Origin: Octopus bimaculoides
Taxonomy: Eukaryota
Assembly: GCF_001194135.2 (NCBI RefSeq)
Contig: NC_068982.1
Span: 33,388,948 to 33,452,947, forward strand
Reading direction: 5' to 3'
Length of the DNA stretch: 64,000 bases
The notes below the pieces were generated by a model. That model did not search any database and was not told where the DNA came from. It saw nothing but the letters and a program-made list of their open reading frames with translations. Position 1 is the first letter of the stretch. The number at the start of each line of letters is the position of its first letter. The translations under genes and the position numbers were made by a program. Below are positions 12,745-25,700 of this stretch, one piece after another.

Positions 12745-14320
12745 AAAGGAATATATCAAAGATACATTTATTTCCAGGAATCTACTCTAAGCATATCTGA
12801 CACAGATTCCTTCTGTATCTCCCTTTGAATTTTGAACAGGAAATAAGTATCCCAAGTTTGTGGTCTAAAAAGCTGCTCAGGAAAATGCAGAGGACTCCAA
12901 TAACTTTCCTTTCCTTTCAATGCTTGTCAGAAACTGTAGCAAAAATAGAGTCAAGCTCCCTTAAAAAGAGCATATTGTTGTCATTATGAACAAATAGACC
13001 TACAGGTTAGGAGGTTGTTTTTGAGTGATTGCTGAATTTGTACATAGAACAAAGCTTGCCTGAACTTCCAAAGATTGAACATATTTCACAAGCATTGTCA
13101 GTCAAAAAGGGCTGCAACATCAACAATCTTTTTACAACAGGGATATATGAAGGAAACACATTTGAAAACATACTGGCAGCACATACATGAATAACGATCA
13201 TATTGATGATTAAGTCAATTCAAATAGTGTCACCAGTTTTACGTTTGCAAGAATCTCTCAATCCCGAAATCTCAGTAATATGTTATGCTTTTCAATATAA
13301 TTATCATAAGGAAAACTAGAAAGGAGTAAAATGGGAACTTAGCTCAACTTAATGAAAAGAGATAACATTACATTGAACAATGACAAACTGACAATATGCA
13401 ATACATTATATTGAACAATCTCAGTGAAACATCCATTTGTTACCTAGGATACAACATTAATAATTCTCTGCAACCTGACCTGGAAAGACTGAAACCAGTC
13501 ATTAATTACCTGGTACCTGCTAATGCTAAATGACTAAAGTAACTACAAGGTTTGTTTAGTTACCACTCTAAATGGGTGTTTCCTTTTGTCAAAACAATTC
13601 AAACTTTACAAAATCCTCCTTTTCCATTGCAAAAATACATTTAGGCAGTATTCATTGGTTTAAAACTTCAATAGTTAATGCCTCTCCCTTTTATCCGTTG
13701 AACTGAAATTCCATTACAGGTTTCCGAATGATGATGCTCCAGAGATTACAATTTGAGGTGTCCATTCACTGTCATAAATTTGTTGCCTTCTTCTCCAGAA
13801 CTCATTCTCACACTAAACAAAACTTTTCCTCGTTTCGAAAAAGTGGTTACAGCTATTTTAGTAAGTGTTAGGAAATGGCAAACTTTTTAACTTTACTTAA
13901 AGAGGAACTCATAGATCCACTACTGCATTGCTTATCAAAGATTCAGAAAATACCAGAAAAACTAAATCTTTAAAAAGAAATTTGATTTCTCTTAGAGTTC
14001 TCTATCAGACTGTTGCATCCAATATAATGTTTCTAATAAATTACATACTCTGATGAATTGGAACAACCCTCTTTTCCATGCTCTACCTCTTTACTCATAG
14101 AATTGTTTGTCAGAGGATACAGATGGATGTGGTGGTCCAGCAGGAGTTCACTACTAAGCACAACACAATCACGTCACTCATGTGTGATGATGTCTCAGTA
14201 AGCTACTTTTATTTCCCAGCATGCCATCCCATGACCATTGACTTCTAGCTGGGCTTCTTTACACAGATGGAAACAGTGTTTAGTAGATATAATTTCTTCC
14301 TCTGTTTCAACAGCTGTCTC
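12745..14320 (-). other. Putative 3' UTR of the minus-strand gene
   Basis: About 1.6 kb free of SINEs and microsatellites directly after the stop. Minus-strand AATAAA hexamers near 14208-14213 and 12768-12773. The end point is inferred. Confidence 0.4.
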
Positions 14321-14328
14321 CTAAACTT
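14321..14328 (-). CDS. Coding part of terminal exon J ((G)AA GTT TAG = E V stop)
   Basis: Acceptor catgaccttttcag|AAGTTTAG about 190 nt past microexon I. Phase 1 gives the C-terminus EEDPEV*. Confidence 0.5.
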
Positions 14329-14520
14329 CTGAAAAGGTCATGAGTACTGCCCTCACTCATTCAAATAAACCATAACATTTAAGAGGGGGGAAAAAGGACA
14401 TTATCAAAGCACTAACATATATTTGCTTTCGGTAGGTGGTGGTAACCCAGACAGGAGAAGGACAATTATGTTTCATAATGACTAGTTCAGTGCCTCACTA
14501 TTCTGATTTCAAACCCTTAC

Positions 14521-14545
14521 CTGGATCTTCTTCACTTTTCACTTT
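14521..14545 (-). CDS. Coding microexon I (25 nt; KVKSEEDP|E)
   Basis: Acceptor ctgacactcattttattaaactcag|A with a branch-like CTGAC; strong donor CCAG|GTAAGG. Phase 0 to 1. Confidence 0.65.
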
Positions 14546-16383
14546 CTGAGTTTAATAAAATGAGTGTCAGTTCAATGTTTTATTAAAATAATGTTTATCA
14601 AATTTTCCATGAAGTGTTGGTTTCTTTTTTACAGGGCATAAATGTCTTACATTTCCAAGGAGGGGACTGTGACTTGCTATATAAAATAGTAGTGTATGTA
14701 ACAAAAGAAAAACTTCAACATATGTCACCAAGTTATTTTAAGAAAGGCTTACATTTTCCTTTGTTAATATGGATTTCTTAAATAGATACAAATAATAGGG
14801 AGTAAAATTTAAACATTGTATAGTATTTGTACTTTTTCCAACATATGAATGTTATATAATAAATGATAGAAACTGGTTTCAATAAAGAACCCAAACTGGT
14901 TAAAATATTTTTTTCTTTAATAATATAATCACATTAAATGGAAGGCAATGCACAGGACCTTCTCAGAGACTAGCTGAAGGAAAGGAAGAGGTTATTCTTC
15001 AACCAGAGACCTTGCTGAATGCTTTCCATAAAGTGGACTCCACTAAAGTCCTCCAAAGAACAGGTAGTGGTGTAAACTGGGTGAGAGATTAAGCATATGG
15101 CTCTAACTGAGAACTGATTTCTAGTTCTACAGTTCATGCCACACCATTCCTTAAAATGTTAAAGCCAATAGTTTATAAATTACACCAAGTGATAAGGTGA
15201 TTAAGCAGCTGTTTCAGTCATTATCATATTAATTTATTTCCAAGAAATTTTTATCTAAGATTTATACTTCTTTTTAAACAGTGTGATTTGAATACAACTT
15301 ATCTTTTAAAATAAAAGGAGAAACATTTTCGACACAACATAAGCAATGAGACAGTAACAGACTGCAAGCTTCCTAAAAGCACCAGTGGGTGGAGGTGGTC
15401 ATGGGAAGATAAATGGGGCAAAACAGGGTAAAGGTGAGGTACAGTCCCTGTGGCAGTGGCCGGAATGATAGCAACAAAAGGGTAATGGTGAGGAATTTGA
15501 AAGGGTAAGCAAAGAAATGAATGAACCTGCAGCTGGTAATGACAAGTACAGAAGAGCAGAGTGGATGCATACAAGCAAGTGCAGTTGCTGCTGGGGCATG
15601 AGGCAGAGGGTGACAACAGCAGCAAATGTAGGGGTACTCACAAGCAGAGGGACGAGTTGATGGTGGCAGAATATCAAGAACTCATCAACCGTATAGTGTC
15701 TCAAGGCATATGTCCACATCAACAAAGACAAAATAGAAGAGTGCAATGAAAATTACCCTTCCATGTCAACTTTGTCTCAGCTCAAAACTGACGTGCTATT
15801 AGTGTCTAACCCTCACATTAGCCCCTATTACATAGACCTTCTGATCAAAGATGCTCCAGCCTTCATCATCCCCTTTGTCATTTTATATTCTGGAGCACAA
15901 TGTGACCCAGGCTACATTGTCTAATGTGTCCTTATTTTTGTGTGGTCAGTAGGGTATGATTTTTTTTTTTTTTAAAGAAACTCCGCTATTTCTGACTGAT
16001 CAAGCAACAACTTAAAGGAAAACTGCATAAATAGACTAAGATGAACTGCACATTGGTAACAGATGCATGCAATTTAATGAACATATGCCTGAATGTAGCT
16101 CATACTAAAGAGGATTGATTTTGAGGCAGCAGGTTGATATTTCAAAAATTAAACGTTTTGTGTCTGTGTGTAAATATATGTGTGTGTGTGTGTGTGTGCG
16201 TACGTATGTGCATGTGAGTATATATGTGCATCGAGGTAGATATAGCGTTGCATAGACATACAAATAACAAAATCTGTATAAATATGTATTGGAAAGCCTA
16301 TTTTCTGCAAAAGTATGAATATATCAATAATAACAACAAAAAAATTGTAACATAATAACTGAGTATTCATATCTCTCTCTCTA

Positions 16384-16423
<40 letters not shown>

Positions 16424-16479
16424 TCTCTCTCTCTCTATCTCGGGTGGGGGAGATAGTAGAAAAGTAATAACAAAGTGCA

Positions 16480-16870
16480 TATGTTGCTATTTAGCTCATG
16501 TCAGCCCACAATGAGCAGTACTATGATCAAAGACATTCCAGCTGTGGCCTTCCTGTCTTTATTCAAAACCCACATTATCAGTGTCCTTTTCTCTTTTAAG
16601 ACAGTAAGGTATAATGGGAGAGAATTTCACTGCTATTTCTAGCAGTTTGAGCAACCTTGTTCATTCTCAAATTGGTTCATGTTCCTTCATGTTACTGCTG
16701 TTTAACTTCAAATCAGCCCCAATGAGGTATAACTATGATCAGAAGTTTTCCAACCATGACCATCTCACCCTTTTTAAAGGTATTTAGAACTATTCTGTCT
16801 GAAGAGTATTTTCCTAAAGCAGCAGTGCATGATTTGGAGGGAGTTTGGCTGCTATTTCTAGCAGATTCAG
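16480..16870 (-). repeat. Two tandem diverged copies of a dispersed repeat (core GCTAGAAATAGCAGCCAAATCTCCCTCAAATCAC..., (CAA)n tail)
   Basis: Related pieces at about 6955-7010, 11115-11350, 15830-15960, 30625-30770, 30985-31110, 56650-56740 and 58905-59030. Confidence 0.55.
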
Positions 16871-16928
16871 TGACTGGCTCAAAAATGTGTATGTTGTGTA
16901 TGTATGTATGCACATATATATATATATA

Positions 16929-16965
<37 letters not shown>

Positions 16966-17845
16966 NNNNNNNNNNNNNNNNNNNNNNNNNNNNNNNNNNN
17001 NNNNNNNNNNNNNNNNNNNNNNNNNNNNNNNNNNNNNNNNNNNNNNNNNNNNNNNNNNNNNNNNNNNNNNNNNNNNNNNNNNNNNNNNNNNNNNNNNNNN
17101 NNNNNNNNNNNNNNNNNNNNNNNNNNNNNNNNNNNNNNNNNNNNNNNNNNNNNNNNNNNNNNNNNNNNNNNNNNNNNNNNNNNNNNNNNNNNNNNNNNNN
17201 NNNNNNNNNNNNNNNNNNNNNNNNNNNNNNNNNNNNNNNNNNNNNNNNNNNNNNNNNNNNNNNNNNNNNNNNNNNNNNNNNNNNNNNNNNNNNNNNNNNN
17301 NNNNNNNNNNNNNNNNNNNNNNNNNNNNNNNNNNNNNNNNNNNNNNNNNNNNNNNNNNNNNNNNNNNNNNNNNNNNNNNNNNNNNNNNNNNNNNNNNNNN
17401 NNNNNNNNNNNNNNNNNNNNNNNNNNNNNNNNNNNNNNNNNNNNNNNNNNNNNNNNNNNNNNNNNNNNNNNNNNNNNNNNNNNNNNNNNNNNNNNNNNNN
17501 NNNNNNNNNNNNNNNNNNNNNNNNNNNNNNNNNNNNNNNNNNNNNNNNNNNNNNNNNNNNNNNNNNNNNNNNNNNNNNNNNNNNNNNNNNNNNNNNNNNN
17601 NNNNNNNNNNNNNNNNNNNNNNNNNNNNNNNNNNNNNNNNNNNNNNNNNNNNNNNNNNNNNNNNNNNNNNNNNNNNNNNNNNNNNNNNNNNNNNNNNNNN
17701 NNNNNNNNNNNNNNNNNNNNNNNNNNNNNNNNNNNNNNNNNNNNNNNNNNNNNNNNNNNNNNNNNNNNNNNNNNNNNNNNNNNNNNNNNNNNNNNNNNNN
17801 NNNNNNNNNNNNNNNNNNNNNNNNNNNNNNNNNNNNNNNNNNNNN
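16966..17845. other. Assembly gap (N run)
   Basis: 880 N, preceded by (TA)n. Confidence 1.
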
Positions 17846-17888
17846 GGTATGTTAAAAACAAAAAATAAAGTAAATTACATATTTTAAA

Positions 17889-18101
17889 TATTCTTTTCTA
17901 CTCTAGGAACAAGGCCCAAAATTTTTGGGGAGGAGCCAGTCGATTGGATCAGCCCCAGCACACAACTGGTACTTTATTGACCCTGAACAAGTAAAAGGTA
18001 AAGTTGACCTCAGCAGAATTTGAACTCAGAACGTAAAGACAGACGAAATACCGCTAAGCATTTTGCCCAGCGTGCTAACGTTTCTGCCAGCTCGGCGCCT
18101 T
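17889..18101 (-). mobile_element. tRNA-derived SINE family C
   Basis: Minus head AAGGCGCCGAGCTGGCAGAAACGTTAGCACG..TTCTGAGTTCAAATTC, central CTTTTAC/CTTTCATCC..GTACCAG block and tail GTAGAAAAGAAT. Confidence 0.8.
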
Positions 18102-19206
18102 GCATACTTTAAATATTAATCGAGTTACTTTAGTGGCTTACACAATTTTATCATACAGTCAAATACCAAGCATTCTAATTGGACAGAACAAAGTATACAA
18201 TTGAATAATAACTTCGAGCCTGCATTCTATCAACCCTGGTGTATTATGTCCTGTACAGTAAAAATATCACTGTTACTTCAAATCTCACTTCTTTGCTAGT
18301 GATACTACTTGGCACTCCTCCTTAACAGTACAAGTATCATCAAACCCTATAGCATTCAGGTTATACTGTCAAATGTAATGTTTTTGTTTATTCAATTTCT
18401 TTTGAATGAACCATGTATATATCTTGTAGCTTTGTAATTTTGATAATGTGATTGTTTATTTTAACAACATTACAGGGGGTGGTGTGAGAGGTTGGATCTG
18501 GCTAGTTCAAATATCAATCAGGTAGAATATTTGGGCCGGCTACAGCCTGTTTAAATGCCAAGTGTATAAGCTATCTATGTATACTGCTCTTATTTCATCA
18601 AATCTCGCCCAAAGTACTTCATTGGTCTGGAATGGATTGATGCAGGACTAAACAACAAAAATCTCAGAGATTACACCTATTTTTCAATCAATTAAAACCC
18701 TCAAAGTTGTTACAATTTCAAGGCCAACAACTAATTTTGTGGTGACTATATCAACATCATTATTTTAATGTCCACTTTTCTTATGTTCATATGGGTGGAA
18801 CAGAATTTGGTGAGGGTGATTTTCTTCAAACAAATATCTTCTTGTTGCCAACCCTGACCTGTTTCAAAGTAAATAAAAAATTTCTCCATAGATGGACATG
18901 TTTCCATTACAAGATTGGAAATGAAAGATACCGCCTATGATGATGGCACTCATCTACAATAATCAAGTAATGTCAAGTGATATCAGATATCCTCTTATGT
19001 ATGTATTAACCGGATATTAGAGGGATGTGAGTTCGATCCTCATGGCTGGCTGCCGACCAATTTTTCTGCTTTTAAAAAGGAAAAAGGATTTTATCCTTTA
19101 TATCTATACTGTTCAGTATCTATGCATTGAATAAAATTTATCTTTCTACTTGTTCTACCATACATTTCAGCACTTCGAAAAACAAACTTATTTGTTTACA
19201 TACGGC

Positions 19207-19256
<50 letters not shown>

Positions 19257-19307
19257 TAACTGTGTAATAGTGAATATAAAGGGCACTCCATCCAATGAGT
19301 GTTCAAT

Positions 19308-19449
19308 ATTACTAAACGTTTCAACTACCGTGCTAATAGTTTCCCGTACATGCGTACATTCATCAGGCAATTGACGCCTGATGAATGAACGCATGTACGG
19401 GAAGCTATTAATAGCGCGATAAGTACATGTAGTCGAAACGTTTAGTAAT
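19308..19449. repeat. 142-bp imperfect palindrome (inverted repeat) with a 7-nt loop
   Basis: Left arm 19308-19368 pairs with right arm 19376-19449. The loop-proximal ~35 bp are nearly perfect; the right arm has a ~12-nt insertion. Confidence 0.85.
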
Positions 19450-19480
19450 GTGTGTGTGTGTGCATGCACACACACACACA

Positions 19481-19884
19481 AAATGGATGCTTTTCAGTTT
19501 CCATCTACTAAATCCTACCACAAGGGTTTGATTTAGCTAAGTTACCAACTTTTTCAAGTCATACAGACTCATAAGGGATGGTTTCCCAGTTTCCATGGCA
19601 TATATTATATTTCCCACCTGGACAGGACTCGGATCCGTTGCAGGATTACTGATTTTTGCCAGCTGAGTGGACTAAATCAACATGAAATGAAGTGTTTTGC
19701 TCAAGAACACAATGCGTCACCTGGTCCAGGACACCCTAACCATTAAAGCCACCTGTCTCCACAAGGCTTTGATTGGCTCAGGGCTATACTTGAAGACACT
19801 TACCCAAACTGCCACACAATGGGACTGAACCTAGAATCAAGTGATTGGGAAGCAAGCTTCTAAACTACACAGCCATACTTGTGC
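19481..19884 (-). mobile_element. Nested or composite SINE fragments (family A halves interrupted by another SINE-like piece)
   Basis: Family A blocks at 19481-19535 and 19755-19884 flank a different tRNA-head-like segment. Confidence 0.5.
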
Positions 19885-19902
19885 CAATACACACACACAC
19901 AG

Positions 19903-19942
<40 letters not shown>

Positions 19943-20186
19943 CAAAACTAAAACTGAATTCTAAATGCTAAGCACTTTTTTCCAGGAGCTGAAACTATTT
20001 CAGCCTTGACCAGTTGTTGATCCTACAAGAGTCCATGTCTTAATTAACATGGTTCAACCACTACTTTTTGGACTAAACAATAATTAGATAAAAACAAAAT
20101 GAATTGAATTTCAAAGTCCCAGGCAAAAACACAATGAATTAAATTGCATAGTCACACATATCTGGGATAGCTTTCACATTACACAT

Positions 20187-20219
<33 letters not shown>

Positions 20220-21154
20220 CTCACATACATAAACACACACTAGATGACAGCTATAAATAGGCCCATGTGATGAACATTAATGCACAAACATGCTCCTTAC
20301 TCACTCTTTCTCTTTCTCTCTCTCTCATTCTCTCTCTCTCTCTCTCTCTCTCCCTTCCATTCATACCACTACTACAACAGCTTCTGATTGTTTGAACTAG
20401 AAAGTCATGGATTACTTTTATCTTAGGTCAGCAAATGACCCTGTCTTGTATTCTTTCATTATCCTTACTATGTCTCTAATTCCTACACTACATGCTTTTC
20501 TCATTTCTTATCCTTTTCTAGAACTCTTTTACTGCTGACATCACCCCCAACAGGCATCAAACCACCAGAAGCTGATAGTTGGGGCCCTGGCTAATCTTAG
20601 ACCACCCCAAACACATATATTCCCAACTCACTCATTTCTCCTCTTTTTGTCACCCATATTGTATCTCTACCACTTTAAGATTTCACACTAACAACTATGC
20701 CTCGTTCTTCCTCTTCAGAATGGCAATGTTCTAGAATTCTCTCATAGCACATGTTTCTCCTGCAACTGTTAGCTTGCAACTATTTAAGAACATTAACTGC
20801 ATCAATCTCACCTGTGTGAGAGGGCCTGCAAAAGCCTTGGGTACACCAGTCTCTAAACCAGAGGTTCTCAACCATTTTTTACCTATAGACTCCTTTGTTT
20901 ACTATTTTATTCTGGTGGATTCCCACAGCCATTCGATGTTTAAAAACTAATTTATAAATACTTCTTTCAAAATTCCTATGTTGTTATTCATTCATTCACT
21001 TGTTTAGGTTGAACTATGTAAAATGCTAGAGAAAGAAACCTCAGTTTTTTTTAGGGGTTTTTCTTTAATATATACATTTAAATCAAAACCTTTCATGGAC
21101 ACTTAAAATAATACAGTGGATGCTCTAATAACTATTTTGTTAACATGAACTTGT

Positions 21155-21296
21155 TAACACTCTCGGAGTGGTTGGCGTTAGGAAGGGCATCCAGCTGTAG
21201 AAACTCTGTCAGATCAGATTGGAGCCTAGTGCAGCCATCTGATTCACCAGTCCTCAGTCAAATCGTCCAACCCATGCTAGCATGGAAAGCAGATGT
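21155..21296 (+). mobile_element. RTE-type tail fragment
   Basis: Same UTR core GAGTGGTTGGCGTTAGGAAGGGCATCCAGCTGTAG...CCATGCTAGCATGGAAAGC. Confidence 0.75.
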
Positions 21297-21526
21297 GTAG
21301 TACTTATATAGTCTGATATTTTCAGGATTCAACAAATATTCCTGATGGACTTGCAGCCTAACTATAATTCAAATAGTCTTTGGAGCTGACCTCTATGAAA
21401 ACAAAAATATAATTACATTTGTATATGTATATATTTACATTTGTATATATAATTACATTTGCATACTATTGATTTGAAAATAATGAAGTCAGCAGATGAA
21501 AGTGTATGTAAGCACGAGTACCTTTC

Positions 21527-21683
21527 TCATCATCATCATCATCATCATCATCGTTTAACGTCCGTTTTCCATGCTGATATGGGTTGGACAGTTTGACTGA
21601 GGTCTGGAGAGCCAGCAGTTGCACCAGGCTCCAATCTGATCTGGCAATGTTTCTACAGCTGGATGCCCTTCCTAACGCCAACC
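21527..21683 (-). mobile_element. RTE-type tail fragment (inverted)
   Basis: (CAT)n followed by the reverse complement of the UTR core. Confidence 0.75.
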
Positions 21684-21747
21684 ATATATATATAAAGATG
21701 TGTATGTGTGTGTATATATATATAAAGACGTGTGTGTGTATGTGTGC

Positions 21748-21795
<48 letters not shown>

Positions 21796-22299
21796 TTATA
21801 GAAATTACTACTAAAACTGCCCTTAACACTTTCATGAAAACATTTTTAATGAAATTGTACAGTTCTTATGCTTCAGCTGATCTTGAAAATAATCAAGAAT
21901 TTGGAGGGACTTAGTAAAATAACTAACTTGTTCATTAATTACTGTATTAAGCCAGTATTTGGAACATAACAATAAAAATTCCTGTGTCAAATTATGATTG
22001 GTAGTTTTAAATTAAGTATGAATATCTTAAAGCAGACAGTTTTATATGATAGACGACAGTATCAGAAGGGTTAATTCATACCCAACTACATTAAAAAAAA
22101 GGAAATATTTGTTGATGTGATCTTAATGCACAAAAGAAAATATGGAATAGTCATGGCTAGAGCAATCAGTGATCTTAGTTCTGTTAAATCAAGACTAACT
22201 TGAGGCGAAACAACAATAACTCACAACATAAGAAGGTTGAATTTAATATTATCATAAGGTGCAGCAATATCAGATGAAGGTTAACAGGGAAACTAACTC

Positions 22300-22680
22300 T
22301 GGTATGTGGCTGAGTTCCTTTTGAGCGTTGGGCCTCCTGGAGGCAAAGTGGCTGAGTTCCTTTCGAGTGTTGGGCTTCATGGAGGCAATGACCGAGACCT
22401 TTGGCATTATGTTGTGCTTCAGAAGAAGACCCATCAAGCCAAGCATAATTGCAGTCGTAGCAGATACCAGTGTCACACAAACAGCACCCATGCCGATGGC
22501 ACATAAAAGCACCCATTACACTCTTGGAGTGGTTGGCATTAGGAAGGGCATTCAGCCGTAGAAAACCATGCCAAATCAGACTGGAGTTTGATCCAGTCTT
22601 CCAGCATACCAGCCTGGTCAAACCATCCAACCCATGCCAGCATGGACAACTGACATTAAATGAAGATGATGATGATGATT
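22300..22680 (+). mobile_element. RTE LINE 3' end (ORF end DRDLWHYVVLQKKTHQAK, 3' UTR, (GAT)n tail)
   Basis: Two ~39-bp tandem units GTGGCTGAGTTCCTTT..., then the shared UTR core GAGTGGTTGGCATTAGGAAGGGCAT and a (GAT)n tail. Confidence 0.7.
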
Positions 22681-23962
22681 TTCAAACATTCAAATGAAAT
22701 GTTTCTCTAAAATATAGTTATCCGGTTGTTGTATTTTTCGACCCTGTCCTCATTCATTAAATTGTGAAAATCACAATCAAAACAAATAAACATCAATAAC
22801 AGACACCCCGAAAAAGATGGCATTTATTTAAACACCCTAAGTACTAGCAGCTCTACTTCAGCTGAAATAACAGCAGAAGTTGCTGCTGCTGCTACTACTA
22901 CTGCTACTACTGTTCCTTTCTGTTAAGCAGTGACTAGTACTTTTAAGATGAAAAAAGAAAAAGCACTAAGAGAGTTATCCTTTCTTCCTTCCCCTGCTAC
23001 CACAAAACAGTTTACATTACTCTGAGTTGAGTTCCATTAGTAAATTCCTTCTGACAATTCCATGCGAAATTGTATTTAAAAGCAGCATCATTCATTGTGA
23101 GTGAATGAGTAAATGAATGAGTGTATGCATGAATGAGTGAACGAATGATGATTATGATGGAACAATTATCATCATCATTATTGCTGTCGTTATCGTTGCT
23201 GCTGCTGCTGTTACTGTTGTTGTTGAGTTCTTCTATTAATATTATTTAGAAATGAATACAAATTGATGGAGGGAGTCTCGGAGAATAAAATGAATTCTAA
23301 AGTAGAAACACTTTTGTAATCAATTCTAAAGAAGTGATAAAAGATAATTCTAGATCCTAATGCTATTTCTAAAATTACATTTTCAACCAGTCACTCACAA
23401 AACACATTTAACCATCAGATTGATTAAATCATTGGATAATACTCAAGAGTTAGAGTTTTCAATTTTTATTGCTGTTGTTGTTATTAAAATTTTTCATGTA
23501 GAATTATAGGGTTTATTTTAACCAATTCAAGAATATGTATATGTTTAGGTGTAAGTTTGCATATACATGCGTGTGCACACATACATACATTATACACACA
23601 CATATATAAATATATACACATTATATATGAGTGTGTGTGTGTGTGTGTGTATGTATATAATTTATATATATACTTTAACCATGTAACACAAGCCTTCTGT
23701 AGTTTTTTCACTCGTATTATCTTTTATATATATATATATATATATAATTTTCACTTGTATATACAGTAGTACCTCGGTTACCTCTGATCACAAATAAATC
23801 ATGCTCTATATATATATATATATATATATATATTACGGAGATGTACTTGCATAGCAAGTGACCTGATCTGAGATCGTGTGCTGGAACGAAAACAATTGCA
23901 GCATGGAAGGTGTTTATAAGCCATTTAAAATAACACACAAAAGCTGTCAGATTCACTTCAAC

Positions 23963-24591
23963 NNNNNNNNNNNNNNNNNNNNNNNNNNNNNNNNNNNNNN
24001 NNNNNNNNNNNNNNNNNNNNNNNNNNNNNNNNNNNNNNNNNNNNNNNNNNNNNNNNNNNNNNNNNNNNNNNNNNNNNNNNNNNNNNNNNNNNNNNNNNNN
24101 NNNNNNNNNNNNNNNNNNNNNNNNNNNNNNNNNNNNNNNNNNNNNNNNNNNNNNNNNNNNNNNNNNNNNNNNNNNNNNNNNNNNNNNNNNNNNNNNNNNN
24201 NNNNNNNNNNNNNNNNNNNNNNNNNNNNNNNNNNNNNNNNNNNNNNNNNNNNNNNNNNNNNNNNNNNNNNNNNNNNNNNNNNNNNNNNNNNNNNNNNNNN
24301 NNNNNNNNNNNNNNNNNNNNNNNNNNNNNNNNNNNNNNNNNNNNNNNNNNNNNNNNNNNNNNNNNNNNNNNNNNNNNNNNNNNNNNNNNNNNNNNNNNNN
24401 NNNNNNNNNNNNNNNNNNNNNNNNNNNNNNNNNNNNNNNNNNNNNNNNNNNNNNNNNNNNNNNNNNNNNNNNNNNNNNNNNNNNNNNNNNNNNNNNNNNN
24501 NNNNNNNNNNNNNNNNNNNNNNNNNNNNNNNNNNNNNNNNNNNNNNNNNNNNNNNNNNNNNNNNNNNNNNNNNNNNNNNNNNNNNNNNNNN
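23963..24591. other. Assembly gap (N run)
   Basis: 629 N. Confidence 1.
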
Positions 24592-24669
24592 GAAGTTGAA
24601 TGCTTACACAGAACAAGTTTTACAGCCACATCATCCAAACCGACCAGGCAAAACTGGGCTTAGCTGCCA

Positions 24670-24711
<42 letters not shown>

Positions 24712-24964
24712 TTTGCTTTTTACTGGTTTCAGTCATTAGACACTACCTTGAAGAATTTTTAGTCGAATGCATTAACCCCAGTAATTATTCTTTAAAAGCC
24801 TAGTACTTATTCTATTGGTCTCATTCGCCAAACCACTGAGTTACAGGGAGGTAAATACATCAGCACCAGTTGTCAAGCGGTGGTAGGAGGGCAAACACAG
24901 TCACAAAGACACACACACACACATAGATATATGAATACATATGTATGACATAAAAACTGTGGTT

Positions 24965-25376
24965 GATGCCAGTGCCACCTGACTGGTCCCATGCTGGTGG
25001 CACATAAAAAGCACCATTCAAGTGTGGCTATTGCCAGTACTGCCTGACTGGCTTCCGTGCCAGTGGCACATAAAAAGCACCATTCAAGCATGGGTCATTG
25101 CCAGTGCTGCCTGACTGGCTCCCGTGCCGGTGGCACATAAAAAGCACCATTCAAGTGTGGTCAATGCTAGTACCTCCTGACTGGCCCTCATGCCGGTGGC
25201 ACATAAAAAGTACTCACTACATTCCCAGTGGTTGGCATTAGGAAGGGCATCCAGCTGCAGAAATCTTGCCAGATCAGATTGGAGCTTGGTACAGCCTTCT
25301 GGCTTGCCAGTCCTCAATCAAACCGACCAACCCATACCAGTATGGAAAGTGGGTGCTAAACGACAATGATGATGAT
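24965..25376 (+). mobile_element. RTE-type 3' UTR fragment with four ~66-bp tandem units
   Basis: Units GCCAGT..CTGACTGG..GGTGGCACATAAAAAGCACCATTCAAG start at about 24968, 25033, 25100 and 25166, followed by the UTR core and (GAT)n. Confidence 0.75.
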
Positions 25377-25513
25377 GACAGGCTTCTTTCAGTTTGTCTA
25401 CCAAATCCACTTACAAGGTTATAATAGAAGACACTTGCTCAAGGTGCCATGCAGTGGGACTGAAGCCTGGACCATGTGGTTGGGAAACAAGCTTCTTACC
25501 ACACAGCCATGTC

Positions 25514-25551
<38 letters not shown>

Positions 25552-25561
25552 NNNNNNNNNN
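25552..25561. other. Assembly gap (N run)
   Basis: 10 N between (TA)n and the first 116-bp repeat copy. Confidence 1.
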
Positions 25562-25700
25562 ACTGGAAAATTCTACATAATTTATTTAATACTCAGAGCT
25601 CTTTACATGAAAGCAGATTCTATCTGAAGATCACGACCAGCTAAATATCTATGTATCACACTTAATGCAGATACACTATATATATATATATATATATATA

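Noticed and set aside
12500-14300. Possible decayed DNA transposase
   Set aside because: No transposase motif or TIR found; a 3' UTR of the minus-strand gene explains the block better.
15299-15749. Overlapping ORFs in a purine-rich block
   Set aside because: No coherent protein. Probably a decayed antisense LINE fragment, but too eroded to classify.
16713-17887. Long ORFs of 327-382 aa, and similar ones at 23717-24739, 25676-26292 and 41583-41896
   Set aside because: They run through N gaps; X codons hide stops.
19376-19449. CTGATGA...GAAAC in the right arm of the palindrome, suggesting a hammerhead
   Set aside because: Stem II does not close at the core, and no stem I partner follows a cleavage triplet.
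20140-20165. TTGCATAGTCACA matches the first 13 nt of miR-153 as I recall it
   Set aside because: The 3' part diverges and there is no complementary 5p arm to form a precursor hairpin.
24968-25230. Regularly spaced ~66-bp repeats resembling a CRISPR array
   Set aside because: The units are similar along their whole length with no unique spacers, they lie in an RTE 3' UTR, there are no cas genes, and the context is eukaryotic.
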